Source: Oceanispirochaeta sp. (GTDB lineage Bacteria; Spirochaetota; Spirochaetia; DSM-2461). Taken from it: 64,000 nucleotides of DNA. The notes beneath the pieces were generated by a model. That model was not told where the DNA came from, did not search any database, and worked only from the letters and a program-made list of their open reading frames with translations. The number at the start of each line of letters is the position of its first letter. Within the stretch, counting starts at the first letter, position 1. Positions 18,190-28,171 of the stretch are shown piece after piece. A program made the translations under genes and the position numbers. The DNA is taken from the NCBI GenBank assembly GCA_963663385.2, contig CAXXXD010000003.1, positions 448,001 to 512,000 on the forward strand. Reading direction: 5' to 3'.

Positions 18190-19381
18190 TCTTTTCCTTC
18201 AATTCTTCAATAATTCCGAATATCTGATGATCCGCGGAAAATACCCTGCTGAACGCGCCCCGGGCCAGTTCAAGCTGCTCCTCTGCCAGATCCTCTTTTC
18301 CGGTTAGAAGGGAGACCACCCCCTGATGGTAGTAGAGGTTCCCCAACGCTTCGGGCCTGTCTGAGTAAAGAGGAATCTGTTTTTCAAAAAAAGGAACCAG
18401 CTCATTCAGCCGGTTGAAGGCATTGTAATGATTCATTATGGTCTGACAGCTTTCGGGGCTTTCCGGGTGCAGATCGAAGAAGTAAACGGCGTTTTCCAGG
18501 GCCTCATCCCTTTTCCCCTCTACCAGATATACCTGAATCAGCCTTTCGGGAAAGCGGTAATCCCCCGGACAGAGGGTTCGGCCCTCTTTCAGATAGGCCA
18601 GGGTCTCTTCTGCATTATCCTGCATCAGGGCAATGGTGGATCCCAGAAAAAGGGCATCCGCTCTGGATTTATCCGAGTGATAGAGGGGGAGGGCCAGGCG
18701 TATCTTCCTGTCAGCCTCCTCCAGCTGATTGTCCCGCATACAGGCGGTTGCTCCCTGGTAGTGGTAGGCCGGGTTGTGCGGATTCAGGTGTGAGGCTTTC
18801 TCGAAGTGCAGGGCGGCCGAGGACCACTCGCCGAGGGTCATCTCCGTATAGGCAAGATTGGCATAGAGGTTTTCATCCTCCCATCCCCCGTCCAGGGCCA
18901 GACGGTAGCTGATGATAATACGGTAACCGAGTTCCCCTTCTCCCAGACCGCTTTCGGTGCCGAAGAGGTGCAGGAGTCCGAAATAGTACTCCCCCAGCCA
19001 GTAGGGGATTTCACTGTTTCCGGGGTTCTCCCTGAGCAGGGTTTCCAGAGCTTCACCCGGGTTGAACAGCTTCATATCCTCCATGGAGTTCCTGCGGCGG
19101 ATGTCATTCAGAGTTTCCCCGGGAGCCAGGTCTGCAAAGGCAAACATCTGATGCAGATTGGTTGTGGCATAATAGCGGATACAGAGCTCGGATTTACAGA
19201 TAATCATCCGGGAAAGTTCAATCTCTTCGGCATATTGATGCAGATAGGTCCAGGCGGACTTATACTGCCCTTCATCCATCAGGTTCCTGACTTCTTTCAT
19301 ATGCTCGTCGGAACTCAGGGCGTATAGATTCAGCTGCGGAAAAAGGCTGGCCAGCAGCAGGATTGCAAGGATTCTTTTCAT
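18176..19381 (-). CDS. Exported tetratricopeptide-repeat protein
   Basis: Signal peptide; repeated TPR-like helices (NLAY..GEW..A..HFEKA..LNP). Confidence 0.8.
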   Translation of the reverse strand: MKRILAILLLASLFPQLNLYALSSDEHMKEVRNLMDEGQYKSAWTYLHQYAEEIELSRMIICKSELCIRYYATTNLHQMFAFADLAPGETLNDIRRRNSMEDMKLFNPGEALETLLRENPGNSEIPYWLGEYYFGLLHLFGTESGLGEGELGYRIIISYRLALDGGWEDENLYANLAYTEMTLGEWSSAALHFEKASHLNPHNPAYHYQGATACMRDNQLEEADRKIRLALPLYHSDKSRADALFLGSTIALMQDNAEETLAYLKEGRTLCPGDYRFPERLIQVYLVEGKRDEALENAVYFFDLHPESPESCQTIMNHYNAFNRLNELVPFFEKQIPLYSDRPEALGNLYYHQGVVSLLTGKEDLAEEQLELARGAFSRVFSADHQIFGIIEELKEKIREE

Positions 19382-19536
19382 ATTGTACTCCGGATTCAGT
19401 ATACTGAACCCTGTCTGTTGGGGCCAGTCCCGTATCGAACTTCCGGTTTTGAGCGGTTAACCTTTCTTTTCTGCCTTACTGAAGCCGAATTTACCTTGTA
19501 TTTCGGTATTCTGGTTATGATTCTGCAATTATCCCT

Positions 19537-21957
19537 TTAGGAAGACTCGGAAAGAGACTGAATCTTCCGGCGGATTTCCGGTATAAAAACCGGATCGATG
19601 GAAAAACGCCGGCACCCGTTCTTAAGCAGATCCTCAGTATATTCCCCGTTCTGCGCCAGGTCCCCGCAGAGTGAACAGGTCTTCCCTTCCGCCTTTGTTC
19701 TGGTGCTGATCTCCCTTATATACTCCTGGATCATCCTGTTCCCCTGTTCAAAGTACTGACTCACATTCAGCTTTTCCCGGTCCGCCGCCATGGTATACTG
19801 GATCAGATCGTTGGAGCCGATACTGATAAAGTCGGACTCCTTCAGAATGTCTTTAAAGGAAATGACGGCAGCCGGGGTTTCTATCATGGTTCCTATAGGC
19901 AGTTCAGTTTGAATATTCATGACATTTCTCAGATTCTTGTACAGCTCTTTAACATAAAGAATATCCTCCACCAGGGTGACCATGGGAATCAGAACCCGCA
20001 GATTATAGCGTCTGGAAAGCTTCAGGCAGACACGCAGCTGGGTTTCCAGCAGCTGCGGGTATTTTATCAGCAGCCGGATACCCCGAACCCCCAGAAATGA
20101 GTTATACCTTTCGGAAATATCCAGATAGGAGAGGGTTTTGTCTCCCCCTATATCCAGAAGACGGATGGTTATCTCTTTATTTTCAAAGGGTTCAAGGATT
20201 TTTTCAAGCTGTTTATACAGCCAGGCTTCATCGGGCACGCTGTCCCGGGAGAGATAGAGCATTTCCAACCTGAAAAGACCGACTCCGTCGGATCCTGCGG
20301 CAGCGCCTTCCCGGGCATCATCAAGATTCGATACTACGCTATGGAGTTCTACCGTTTCTCCTTTATAGATCAGCCGGTTATGATTTCGGGCGTTCCTTTT
20401 CTGATCTTCCCTGAGTTTTATGAATTCTTCTACGCTTTTTTCAAGCTGGGCTCTTTCTGTACCTTCCGGATTCAGAATAATCCGGCCGCTCGTACCGTCG
20501 AGGTAGGTCGGGGAACCGCTCTGAATTGCTGTCAGATCCATATTTTCCACTACAACCATGGGAATATTCATGGCCTTGGCAATTATAGCGGTATGAGAGA
20601 AGCGGCCTCCCTCTCTGGTTACGATGGCCCGTACATTCTTTTTGTCTATATGCACCGTATCCGATGGAAGAAGGCGTGTGGAAAAAATAAGGGAATCCTC
20701 CGGAACATCCTCCAGAATGTGTCTTTCAATTCCCTGAAGTTCCGTAAGAACCCTCCGGGAAATATCGGCGATATCCTGGGATTTATTCCGGAATATCTCA
20801 TCATCAAATGCCAGAAAGCGTTTCTCCCAGCGTTTGAACACATCCCGGATAACCTCTTCCGCATTAATCTTCCGTTCAAAAAGCTGTGTTTTGATCTCCT
20901 CCAGAATTTCGTGGTCATTCAGTATAAGCCGGTGGGCCTGGAATATTACGGCATGTTCGCTGCTGAGCTCCCGGTCTACAGCTTTTTCCATCTGTTCCAG
21001 ATCTTTTTCAACCTCGTGGATAGCCCGTTTTATTCTGTCATACTCCTCATCAAGGGCATCATCGCTGATATCATAGCTCTCCAGCTCATGGGACATCAGA
21101 TCGTTGTATACAAAGGCTCGTCCCATGGCGAGTCCCCTGTTAATGGGAGTCCCCTTCATCTCCATTCTTTCCCGGCTGCTGTTTAGTGGACCGGCCGATT
21201 CATACTCCTCATTGACATCCAGAATATCCTTGCCGTGGTAGAGGCATATAGATTCACTGCTGCACTGCAGGGCTTTTTCAAGGGCTTTATCTGCCGCTGT
21301 AAGAAGCTTGTAATCCGTATCGATATGAAACAGACCGAAAGAAGCAATGCCAATGCGGTAATCAAGGTCGTTAAATCTCTCCTTCAGAGGGTTCAGTATT
21401 AGGTGTATAAGGTTGAAAGCCGCCTGTATGGCCGCATTCACATTTGTCTCGGTCAGAAGGAAGAGAAAGCGGTTCCTGTCATAGGTATAAACGGAGTCGG
21501 TCAGCCTGACATGGCTGCTGAAACTGGATACGAGACTGCCAAGAATAGCTTCTGTCCGGGGAGAATTCTTCAGGATGGGATCCAGCAGAAGAAGGGAGAA
21601 GGGGGCTCCGTAGCGGTGGGCCCGTTCTATCTCTATCTGGATATCCCGTGATAGAACCGACGCGTCATAAGCCCTGGGATGATTGGTCGGCGGTCCCTGA
21701 TGCACCAGCCTGCGGATATCCGCACTGTTCAGGATATCGGGTATATGCACATGGCTGTTGATATTCTTCATATAATCAACCATGGCCACTTCAATTCCCG
21801 CATCCCTTCCCAGTTTACGGTCCAGGAGTATTTTATGGTGGATTATCTCCCGGCAGACGGAATTTTCATCATCTTCATCGTCGAAGCATATATTGTCCAG
21901 GATATAGTCACAGTAGTTCTTATAGGATTCATCAGAAACGAGACGGTCTTTCTTCAT
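19537..21957 (-). CDS. PEP-protein phosphotransferase (PTS Enzyme I) with N-terminal DUF4032-like and degenerate GGDEF domains
   Basis: EI motifs SHTAIIA, GVGLFRLE, IRLLDIGGDK, MIETPAA, SIGSNDL, CGD; N-terminal RLTD-SVYTY-DRNRF and AADKAL; AAAGGA SD before ATG 21957. Confidence 0.88.
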   Translation of the reverse strand: MKKDRLVSDESYKNYCDYILDNICFDDEDDENSVCREIIHHKILLDRKLGRDAGIEVAMVDYMKNINSHVHIPDILNSADIRRLVHQGPPTNHPRAYDASVLSRDIQIEIERAHRYGAPFSLLLLDPILKNSPRTEAILGSLVSSFSSHVRLTDSVYTYDRNRFLFLLTETNVNAAIQAAFNLIHLILNPLKERFNDLDYRIGIASFGLFHIDTDYKLLTAADKALEKALQCSSESICLYHGKDILDVNEEYESAGPLNSSRERMEMKGTPINRGLAMGRAFVYNDLMSHELESYDISDDALDEEYDRIKRAIHEVEKDLEQMEKAVDRELSSEHAVIFQAHRLILNDHEILEEIKTQLFERKINAEEVIRDVFKRWEKRFLAFDDEIFRNKSQDIADISRRVLTELQGIERHILEDVPEDSLIFSTRLLPSDTVHIDKKNVRAIVTREGGRFSHTAIIAKAMNIPMVVVENMDLTAIQSGSPTYLDGTSGRIILNPEGTERAQLEKSVEEFIKLREDQKRNARNHNRLIYKGETVELHSVVSNLDDAREGAAAGSDGVGLFRLEMLYLSRDSVPDEAWLYKQLEKILEPFENKEITIRLLDIGGDKTLSYLDISERYNSFLGVRGIRLLIKYPQLLETQLRVCLKLSRRYNLRVLIPMVTLVEDILYVKELYKNLRNVMNIQTELPIGTMIETPAAVISFKDILKESDFISIGSNDLIQYTMAADREKLNVSQYFEQGNRMIQEYIREISTRTKAEGKTCSLCGDLAQNGEYTEDLLKNGCRRFSIDPVFIPEIRRKIQSLSESS

Positions 21958-22122
21958 ATTCAAATCCTTTCATTGCTGTCTCTTAAATTATAGTATCATC
22001 TAACAGGTCACAGGGGGATAAAATAATAATTGTTTATATTCCGTTCACGATTTGTTTACAGGTTCAGGAAATACTATATTTGAATTCATACATTACTTTC
22101 CAAATACTGAAGGAGTTGTTTC

Positions 22123-22956
22123 ATGAAGAAGAAACCGCGGACAAGGTTTATCATTCAGATTCTGTTTCTTGTTTTTATTGCTCTTATTGCAGTAAACCAT
22201 ACATTGGCGGAAACCGGGGGGGGAATCCCTTTTATCTCAGAGGCTTCCCTTCATGCCGTGTGCCCCTTCGGCGGGGTCGTCAGTATTTATCAGCTATTAA
22301 CAGCCGGAACATTTGTCAGGAAAATACACGAATCCAGCCTGGTGCTTATGTATATCGTTTTTGCGGCGGCTTTGCTGATGGGACCCCTTTTCTGCGGGTG
22401 GATCTGTCCTTTCGGAACCTTCCAGGAGTTGATCAGCCGGATCGGGAAAAGGATCTTCGGGAAAAAACATAACCGCTTTATTCCCTACAGGTACGACCGG
22501 TATCTGCGGTATCTCCGCTATGTTGTTCTGGTATGGGTATTGTTTATGACCGCCCGTTCCGGAGAGATCCTTTTTGCAAATGTTGATCCCTATTACGCCC
22601 TGTTTCAGTTCTGGACGGGGGAGGTCGCCCTTTCGGGAATTATCATGCTTTTTGCTGTAATGATCGCCTCCTTTTTTGTGGAACGCCCCTTCTGCAAATA
22701 CTTCTGTCCCTACGGCGCTGTACTGGGAATCTTCAATCTGTTCCGGATCATTCCCCTCCGCAGGAATTCCAAAACCTGTATCAGCTGCAGAAAATGCGAT
22801 AGAAGCTGTCCCATGAATATTCCCGTATCATCCCTGGGGACGGTAAGGAATCATCAGTGCATCAGCTGTTATCAGTGTACTTCAGGTGATGGTGAGTGTC
22901 CCGTCGCGGATACGCTGGAATTCAGAACAAACCGTTTTGAGGAGGTCCGGAAATGA
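22123..22956 (+). CDS. 4Fe-4S-binding membrane protein (YccM/NapH-like)
   Basis: CPFGG, FCGWICPFG, FCKYFCPYG, CxxCxxCxxxCP ferredoxin motif. Confidence 0.9.
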   Translation: MKKKPRTRFIIQILFLVFIALIAVNHTLAETGGGIPFISEASLHAVCPFGGVVSIYQLLTAGTFVRKIHESSLVLMYIVFAAALLMGPLFCGWICPFGTFQELISRIGKRIFGKKHNRFIPYRYDRYLRYLRYVVLVWVLFMTARSGEILFANVDPYYALFQFWTGEVALSGIIMLFAVMIASFFVERPFCKYFCPYGAVLGIFNLFRIIPLRRNSKTCISCRKCDRSCPMNIPVSSLGTVRNHQCISCYQCTSGDGECPVADTLEFRTNRFEEVRK

Positions 22957-23684
22957 AAATAACAGCAAAACAGGCTGCTCTGATTCTACCCTTGTTTTTC
23001 TTCATCGGGATTCTGGTGACCATGATGACCGGTTACTGGAAAACAGAAAGTTCAAAGCAGCCCGCAAAATATGCAACAGGCGCTCTGGCCGGTGAAAACG
23101 ATCCGGGCGATATCAGGGGATCCTACTCTCTGGAAGATCTGGAGAATGCTTTTGGTATTCCTGTGGATACTCTGGCCAAAGCGTTCGGTCTTTCAGAAGT
23201 AGAAAACCCCGCTGCCGCACAGATTAAAATCCTGGAAGAGGTTTTTGGAGAGCTCGACGGCATGGAGGTGGGAACCGACAGCGTGAGGCTGTTCATTGCT
23301 CTCTATCTTGACCGCCCCCATACGCCGGAACCGACTACTGCCCTGCCGCAGCCGGCCTACAATATTCTTAAAAAAGAGGGAGCCTCCAGTGAAGAGCAGC
23401 TGGCCGTGTATGCCGGGCGGATTGTATCCCTGGACGGGGTTCGTATCAGTGAAATCAATTCGGAAGAAAGCCATGATGAGGAATCGGAGGAAATGCTGGT
23501 AAAAGGCAAGACTACTTTTGCGGATCTTCTGGACTGGGGACTGGAATCCGGGCAGATTGAGGAGGCTCTGGGTGGTTTACGTATGGGAACCCGGGCCATG
23601 ACTGTCCGGGATTACTGCAGTGAACAGGGAATCGAATTTTCCGAAGTCAAAACAAAACTGCAGGAGATGCTGGACCGGAACTGA
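22953..23684 (+). CDS. Membrane-anchored hypothetical protein coupled to the 4Fe-4S gene
   Basis: ATGA overlap, N-terminal TM, DPGDIRGSY. Confidence 0.75.
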   Translation: MKITAKQAALILPLFFFIGILVTMMTGYWKTESSKQPAKYATGALAGENDPGDIRGSYSLEDLENAFGIPVDTLAKAFGLSEVENPAAAQIKILEEVFGELDGMEVGTDSVRLFIALYLDRPHTPEPTTALPQPAYNILKKEGASSEEQLAVYAGRIVSLDGVRISEINSEESHDEESEEMLVKGKTTFADLLDWGLESGQIEEALGGLRMGTRAMTVRDYCSEQGIEFSEVKTKLQEMLDRN

Positions 23685-23693
23685 GCCGCTTAG

Positions 23694-24005
23694 TTATTGG
23701 AAAATCAGGATCAGCCAGGTTAAACCGATTGAAGCCAGGACCGGAAGAACCAGGCTGCCCCTGAGAACCCAGGAAATAAGGGCGGCTGCCCCGATGGAGA
23801 TCAGTCCGGCCCACGGGACTTCCGGCAGGGCCTGAAACGTTCCGGGAAAGATCAGGGCCCCCAGTGCGGCCACGGGCATCATTTTAAGAATATTTTTGAC
23901 GGGATCGGGGAGTCTCTTTACTCCCTCCGACAGGAAGGGCAGGACCCTTATACCGTAAGTGAGGGCGGCTGTTCCAAACAGAATGACAGCCAGATAGGTA
24001 CTCAA
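23694..24005 (-). CDS. azlD: AzlD-domain protein
   Basis: TYGIRVLPF, MPVAALGALIFP; follows azlC. Confidence 0.85.
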   Translation of the reverse strand: MSTYLAVILFGTAALTYGIRVLPFLSEGVKRLPDPVKNILKMMPVAALGALIFPGTFQALPEVPWAGLISIGAAALISWVLRGSLVLPVLASIGLTWLILIFQ

Positions 24006-24709
24006 GCGTATGCCTCCTCAGAGGAAGATGGTGGCAGAATCAGACTGGCAGCCGCTGCCGTGATCAGCATGGCAGCAACAAAAGACCATCCGGCCGGCCA
24101 GTTAAGAAGCAGATTGAACAGGCAATTCAATCCCCCCGCGGTGAGGGCAACCAAAAGGTTTTTCCTCTCCTTTTGCACTTCGGGAACAAGCAACGCTGTA
24201 AACAGGGCAAAAAGGGCAATCCCGGTGGCCTCCTGAAAGGTTCGGGGCAGCACTGACCCGCCCAGCGCTCCCGCAAGGGTTCCCAGGGCCCAGCCGGCGT
24301 AGGCTGTTATCTGTACTCCGTATACAAAGGAGATAGGAACCTTTCCCTCCTGAGCGCTTATAACAGAAAAGTTTTCATCGGTTATGCAATAGGCTGCCAG
24401 AAAACGGTCGATTCTCCGGGGAAAATCAATTTTAAGGGAGAGGGACATACTCATAAGCATATAGCGGAAATTCAGCAGAAAAACCGAGAATACGGCCTCC
24501 GCCGGGGATACGCCCAGGATCATAAGGTTGATGGACATGAACTGACCGGCTCCTGTCGTACTAACCAGTGAAAAGAGGGTCGCCTCCCGGATACTGAGCC
24601 CGGCTGATACGGCAAGCAGGCCGAAAGCAATAGATGCCGAGAAATATCCGATAAATACAGGGATCCCCGATCGGACCCCTCTTAAAAAAGCAGTTTTCCT
24701 GTTTTCCAC
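24002..24709 (-). CDS. azlC: AzlC family branched-chain amino acid exporter permease
   Basis: GAGQF, LLNFRYMLMS, ITDENF; probable start GTG 24709. Confidence 0.88.
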   Translation of the reverse strand: MENRKTAFLRGVRSGIPVFIGYFSASIAFGLLAVSAGLSIREATLFSLVSTTGAGQFMSINLMILGVSPAEAVFSVFLLNFRYMLMSMSLSLKIDFPRRIDRFLAAYCITDENFSVISAQEGKVPISFVYGVQITAYAGWALGTLAGALGGSVLPRTFQEATGIALFALFTALLVPEVQKERKNLLVALTAGGLNCLFNLLLNWPAGWSFVAAMLITAAAASLILPPSSSEEAYA

Positions 24710-25037
24710 AGCTTTTTTATACTGTTTTGTTCTGCTCTGATCAATACACAGAGGGAATTTCAAGAGTTTTCTTTTCTCATTTACCAAGGGAATTAAGCAA
24801 ACGGATTTACTATAACTTGCAGAAAGGAAGGCAGTGTTCGGAGGTATCAGTGGAGAAAGACTCAGCATAAGAAGCGGTTTCGGGTATCTGTAACTTTTTA
24901 TCGTTTCTGGAATAGTCGAAATATGACCTCCCTTTTCAGCTGATGAGTTTTATAGAAAATAAAGGCAATGATTAGTTTCGCATCCGCTGTTTTCAGATTA
25001 TACTTTAATAAGAAAAAAACTATTAAACGGATGCTTC

Positions 25038-26594
25038 ATGGATGCTGATATTTGGGATGTTTTTACTTCCGAAACCCTGGAAATTACTAATACTCTGGAA
25101 AACTCCATTCTCAACTACGAGAGAGGCCGTGATCCGGAGGTTCTGGATCACGCCTACCATCAGATTCATTCCATAAAAGGGAGTCTGGGGATTATCTGCT
25201 TTGACCGCCTGGGATCCATGGTTCATAAAACAGAAGATCTGTTTCATGAATGCCGGAAAAAACCTTTTACACAGATTAAGACATTTGTCCGTATCGTCTT
25301 TGTCATTATTGACTATGTTCGTCAGGTCATTGCTGAGGAGAGTGAAAAATCAATTAATGATGAGGTCATCCGGGATTTTCAGGAACTCCTGGATCAGGAT
25401 CTCTATAAGGGCGATCCTGGTGGACCGATTGCTCCGTTTGTTCATCAAACCGCAAGTGTCGAGACAAATCTGCTGAGGATTGATTCGGGCAAACTGGATG
25501 AACTGCTGAATCTTACAGGGGAACTGATTACGGCCGGTGATTCTTTTCGCCAGCTCTCTGAGGAAATAACGGATTCCCGTCTGGGAAACAGAACTTCGCA
25601 GCTACTGAATCTGATAGAACAGCTCAGCGAAAAAACACTCGAGATGCGAATGATTCCTCTTGCCTCAGTTATGAACAGGTTCAGCCGAACCGTACATGAT
25701 CTTGCCGAAAACACGGGGAAACAGGTCAATCTGGAAATCAGCGGAGAACAGACAGAGGTAGACAAGACTATTGCCGAAAAGATTGCCGATCCTCTTACCC
25801 ATCTGCTTCGCAATTGTATCGATCATGGAATTGATCTGCCTGAAGTCAGACTGGAAAAAGGGAAGCCGGCTTATGGTACTGTTCGTTTGAATGCCCGTTA
25901 TGATAATGATTCCATCCTTATAACTATGAGTGATGACGGGAAGGGGCTGGATTATAATAAAATCCGGCAGAAGGCGGTTCTCATTCCCGGGTGGTCTGGA
26001 ACCGATTCGGAGGAAGAGCTGGCTAACCTGATTTTCGAACCCGGATTTTCCACGGCCGACTCGGTTTCCAATATCAGTGGACGAGGCATGGGAATGTCCG
26101 CCGTCAGGGATAGTATTCAGAATTTAAGGGGTTCGTTGTCTGTTATATCCAGAGAAGGGGAGGGTACGGAATTCCATATGAAATTCCCTCTGTCCCTGGC
26201 GCTTATAGAGGGGCTTCTGATTAAGATGAGTGATAATTTCTATATTATTCCTTCCGAGGATGTACAGGAGTGTATCGCCATAGATAGAAATGATATTGAT
26301 CAGAGTCTGGAGACAACATCCATGAGCTGGAATAATAAAGTGCTTCCTCTGATCAATCTGAAACGGGTTATGAAACAAACGGGAGATGCCTGGAATATCG
26401 TGGTTGTGAACAATCAGAACGATAAAATAGGAATTCTCTGTGATGAAGTGGTCAGTACCATTCAGACTGTGGCAAAACCTCTTCATCCTTTTCTGAAAAA
26501 GGAGGCATGGCTTCAGGGATCTTCCGTTCTTGGCTCGGGAGAGCCTGTTCTCATAATGAATATGGCCGGTCTACTGGATCAGTTCCGGGGATAG
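25038..26594 (+). CDS. cheA: CheA-like histidine kinase (HPt-dimerisation-HATPase-CheW; no P2 domain)
   Basis: HSIKGS, LDELLNLTGELI, HLLRNCIDHG, DDGKG, FEPGFST..SGRGMGM. Confidence 0.92.
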   Translation: MDADIWDVFTSETLEITNTLENSILNYERGRDPEVLDHAYHQIHSIKGSLGIICFDRLGSMVHKTEDLFHECRKKPFTQIKTFVRIVFVIIDYVRQVIAEESEKSINDEVIRDFQELLDQDLYKGDPGGPIAPFVHQTASVETNLLRIDSGKLDELLNLTGELITAGDSFRQLSEEITDSRLGNRTSQLLNLIEQLSEKTLEMRMIPLASVMNRFSRTVHDLAENTGKQVNLEISGEQTEVDKTIAEKIADPLTHLLRNCIDHGIDLPEVRLEKGKPAYGTVRLNARYDNDSILITMSDDGKGLDYNKIRQKAVLIPGWSGTDSEEELANLIFEPGFSTADSVSNISGRGMGMSAVRDSIQNLRGSLSVISREGEGTEFHMKFPLSLALIEGLLIKMSDNFYIIPSEDVQECIAIDRNDIDQSLETTSMSWNNKVLPLINLKRVMKQTGDAWNIVVVNNQNDKIGILCDEVVSTIQTVAKPLHPFLKKEAWLQGSSVLGSGEPVLIMNMAGLLDQFRG

Positions 26595-27557
26595 GACAAC
26601 ACAGTTCTTTCCTTTATCCTTGCCTTTATAAAGAGCTTCATCCGCTTTATTGATCATACTGATCAGACTGGTTACTCCCTCAAAGCAGCTTACACCGAAT
26701 GTCATGGTAACCTTATGGGCAATCCCGTTAAAACTGAAAGGATACTTCTCTACGGTTTTCCGGATCCTTTCCGCCAGCTTGCCTGCTTCTTTAGTTTCTG
26801 TTTCGGGTAAAAGGAACAGGAACTCCTCTCCCCCCCAGCGGCAGGTTTCATCGATAGGACGGACTATCTTAAGGAAAATCTCACCCAATGTGGATAATAG
26901 ATAGTCCCCGCAGGCATGACCGTATTTATCATTATACTTCTTGAAATCATCGATATCTGTCAGTAGTATGGAGAAATTCGTTTTATAGCGGTTATACCTC
27001 TCCACCTCTTTTTCAAGAGAAAACATCATGGATCGTCTGTTGGACAAACGGGTTAATGGATCGGTACTGGCCGCCCTCTGCAACTCCTCATTGGTCATCC
27101 GGAGTTCTTCTTCGGTAACTTTCATCTGTTCCACAAGTTTTAAAACCTGATCTTTCACATCCTTGTTCTGTTTAATCTGCTGTATAAGACCGCTTATATT
27201 CTGCAGGTAAAACACAGCATTATATTCTTCCTTGTTATCAGGAGAACGGGTACGTGTAACCTGGGTCTGAATATAGAGGGGTTCTCCATTCTTCTGTGTT
27301 ATGGGGAACAGTTTTTTATGGAGCTGATAGGAAAATACAGCGGTAGATCCTGTTTCCAGAACCTGCCTGATCATCAGCTGATAAAATTTCTTTTTCAGGG
27401 AAGTGAATATTTCACAAAGATCCCTTCCTGTGACCTCTTCTTTTTTTATTCCTGTCCAGACTTCAATAATCTGATTCCAGAATACTATTTTCATAGCGGA
27501 GTCGGTGCAGATGATACCCTCGGGAAGGGCATCCAGTACTTCGTAATTCTCTATCAT
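26571..27557 (-). CDS. PAS-domain diguanylate cyclase
   Basis: PAS (VLDALPEGI..WN), coiled coil, DPLTRLSNRR, RPID-x5-GGEEF. Confidence 0.93.
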   Translation of the reverse strand: MIENYEVLDALPEGIICTDSAMKIVFWNQIIEVWTGIKKEEVTGRDLCEIFTSLKKKFYQLMIRQVLETGSTAVFSYQLHKKLFPITQKNGEPLYIQTQVTRTRSPDNKEEYNAVFYLQNISGLIQQIKQNKDVKDQVLKLVEQMKVTEEELRMTNEELQRAASTDPLTRLSNRRSMMFSLEKEVERYNRYKTNFSILLTDIDDFKKYNDKYGHACGDYLLSTLGEIFLKIVRPIDETCRWGGEEFLFLLPETETKEAGKLAERIRKTVEKYPFSFNGIAHKVTMTFGVSCFEGVTSLISMINKADEALYKGKDKGKNCVVLSPELIQ

Positions 27558-28171
27558 AATTCATTCAGATGGGAATCCATCAAAGATGTCAGATACTCTA
27601 CGGATTTAAGTGAAAAAAGAAGGGCGATATCCCCTTCAATGCTTATATCCTCCGCTGTAAAATGCGTATTGGCCAGGAGAATCATGTTATTCGGATCATC
27701 CCGATCAGAGGAAGGGTCCTGTTTGAACTGATTCTGGTAAACCGGAATCAGATAATCAAACCGGATTTTCATAAAGTTTGAAATAGTCCCCATTATGGAG
27801 TTGAGCACAATATTTCCCACTTCAGTCAGAACTCCTATCTTTGCACTGTCAAAATCCTCGTCCTCATCCTGTTCCAGAAGGATATTTCCCAGCAGCCGGG
27901 CGCTCTTCTGAGGGAATATAAGCATACTGTCCCCGTTGATTTCCCCCTTGAACTGCAGGTCCACAAGGGATATCTGATTGTCTTTCAGATCCGAAAAATG
28001 ATCGGAAACTTCATGTACGGTAAGCTGCTGTATCAAGGGGATACTCAGCTGTATATGAGTCCCCAGCATCTCACTCAGTATTTCCGAACTCTTACCGGCG
28101 CCGATAGTGAACAGTTCTTTTAAAAAATCGAGGTGATCATCATTCAGCTTGAGATTGTTATCCCCGGTCAT
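27554..28171 (-). CDS. cheC: CheC-family phosphatase
   Basis: DFLKELFTIGAGKS..LSEM and EVGNIVLNS (second ExxN motif intact, first is ExxT). Confidence 0.88.
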   Translation of the reverse strand: MTGDNNLKLNDDHLDFLKELFTIGAGKSSEILSEMLGTHIQLSIPLIQQLTVHEVSDHFSDLKDNQISLVDLQFKGEINGDSMLIFPQKSARLLGNILLEQDEDEDFDSAKIGVLTEVGNIVLNSIMGTISNFMKIRFDYLIPVYQNQFKQDPSSDRDDPNNMILLANTHFTAEDISIEGDIALLFSLKSVEYLTSLMDSHLNEL

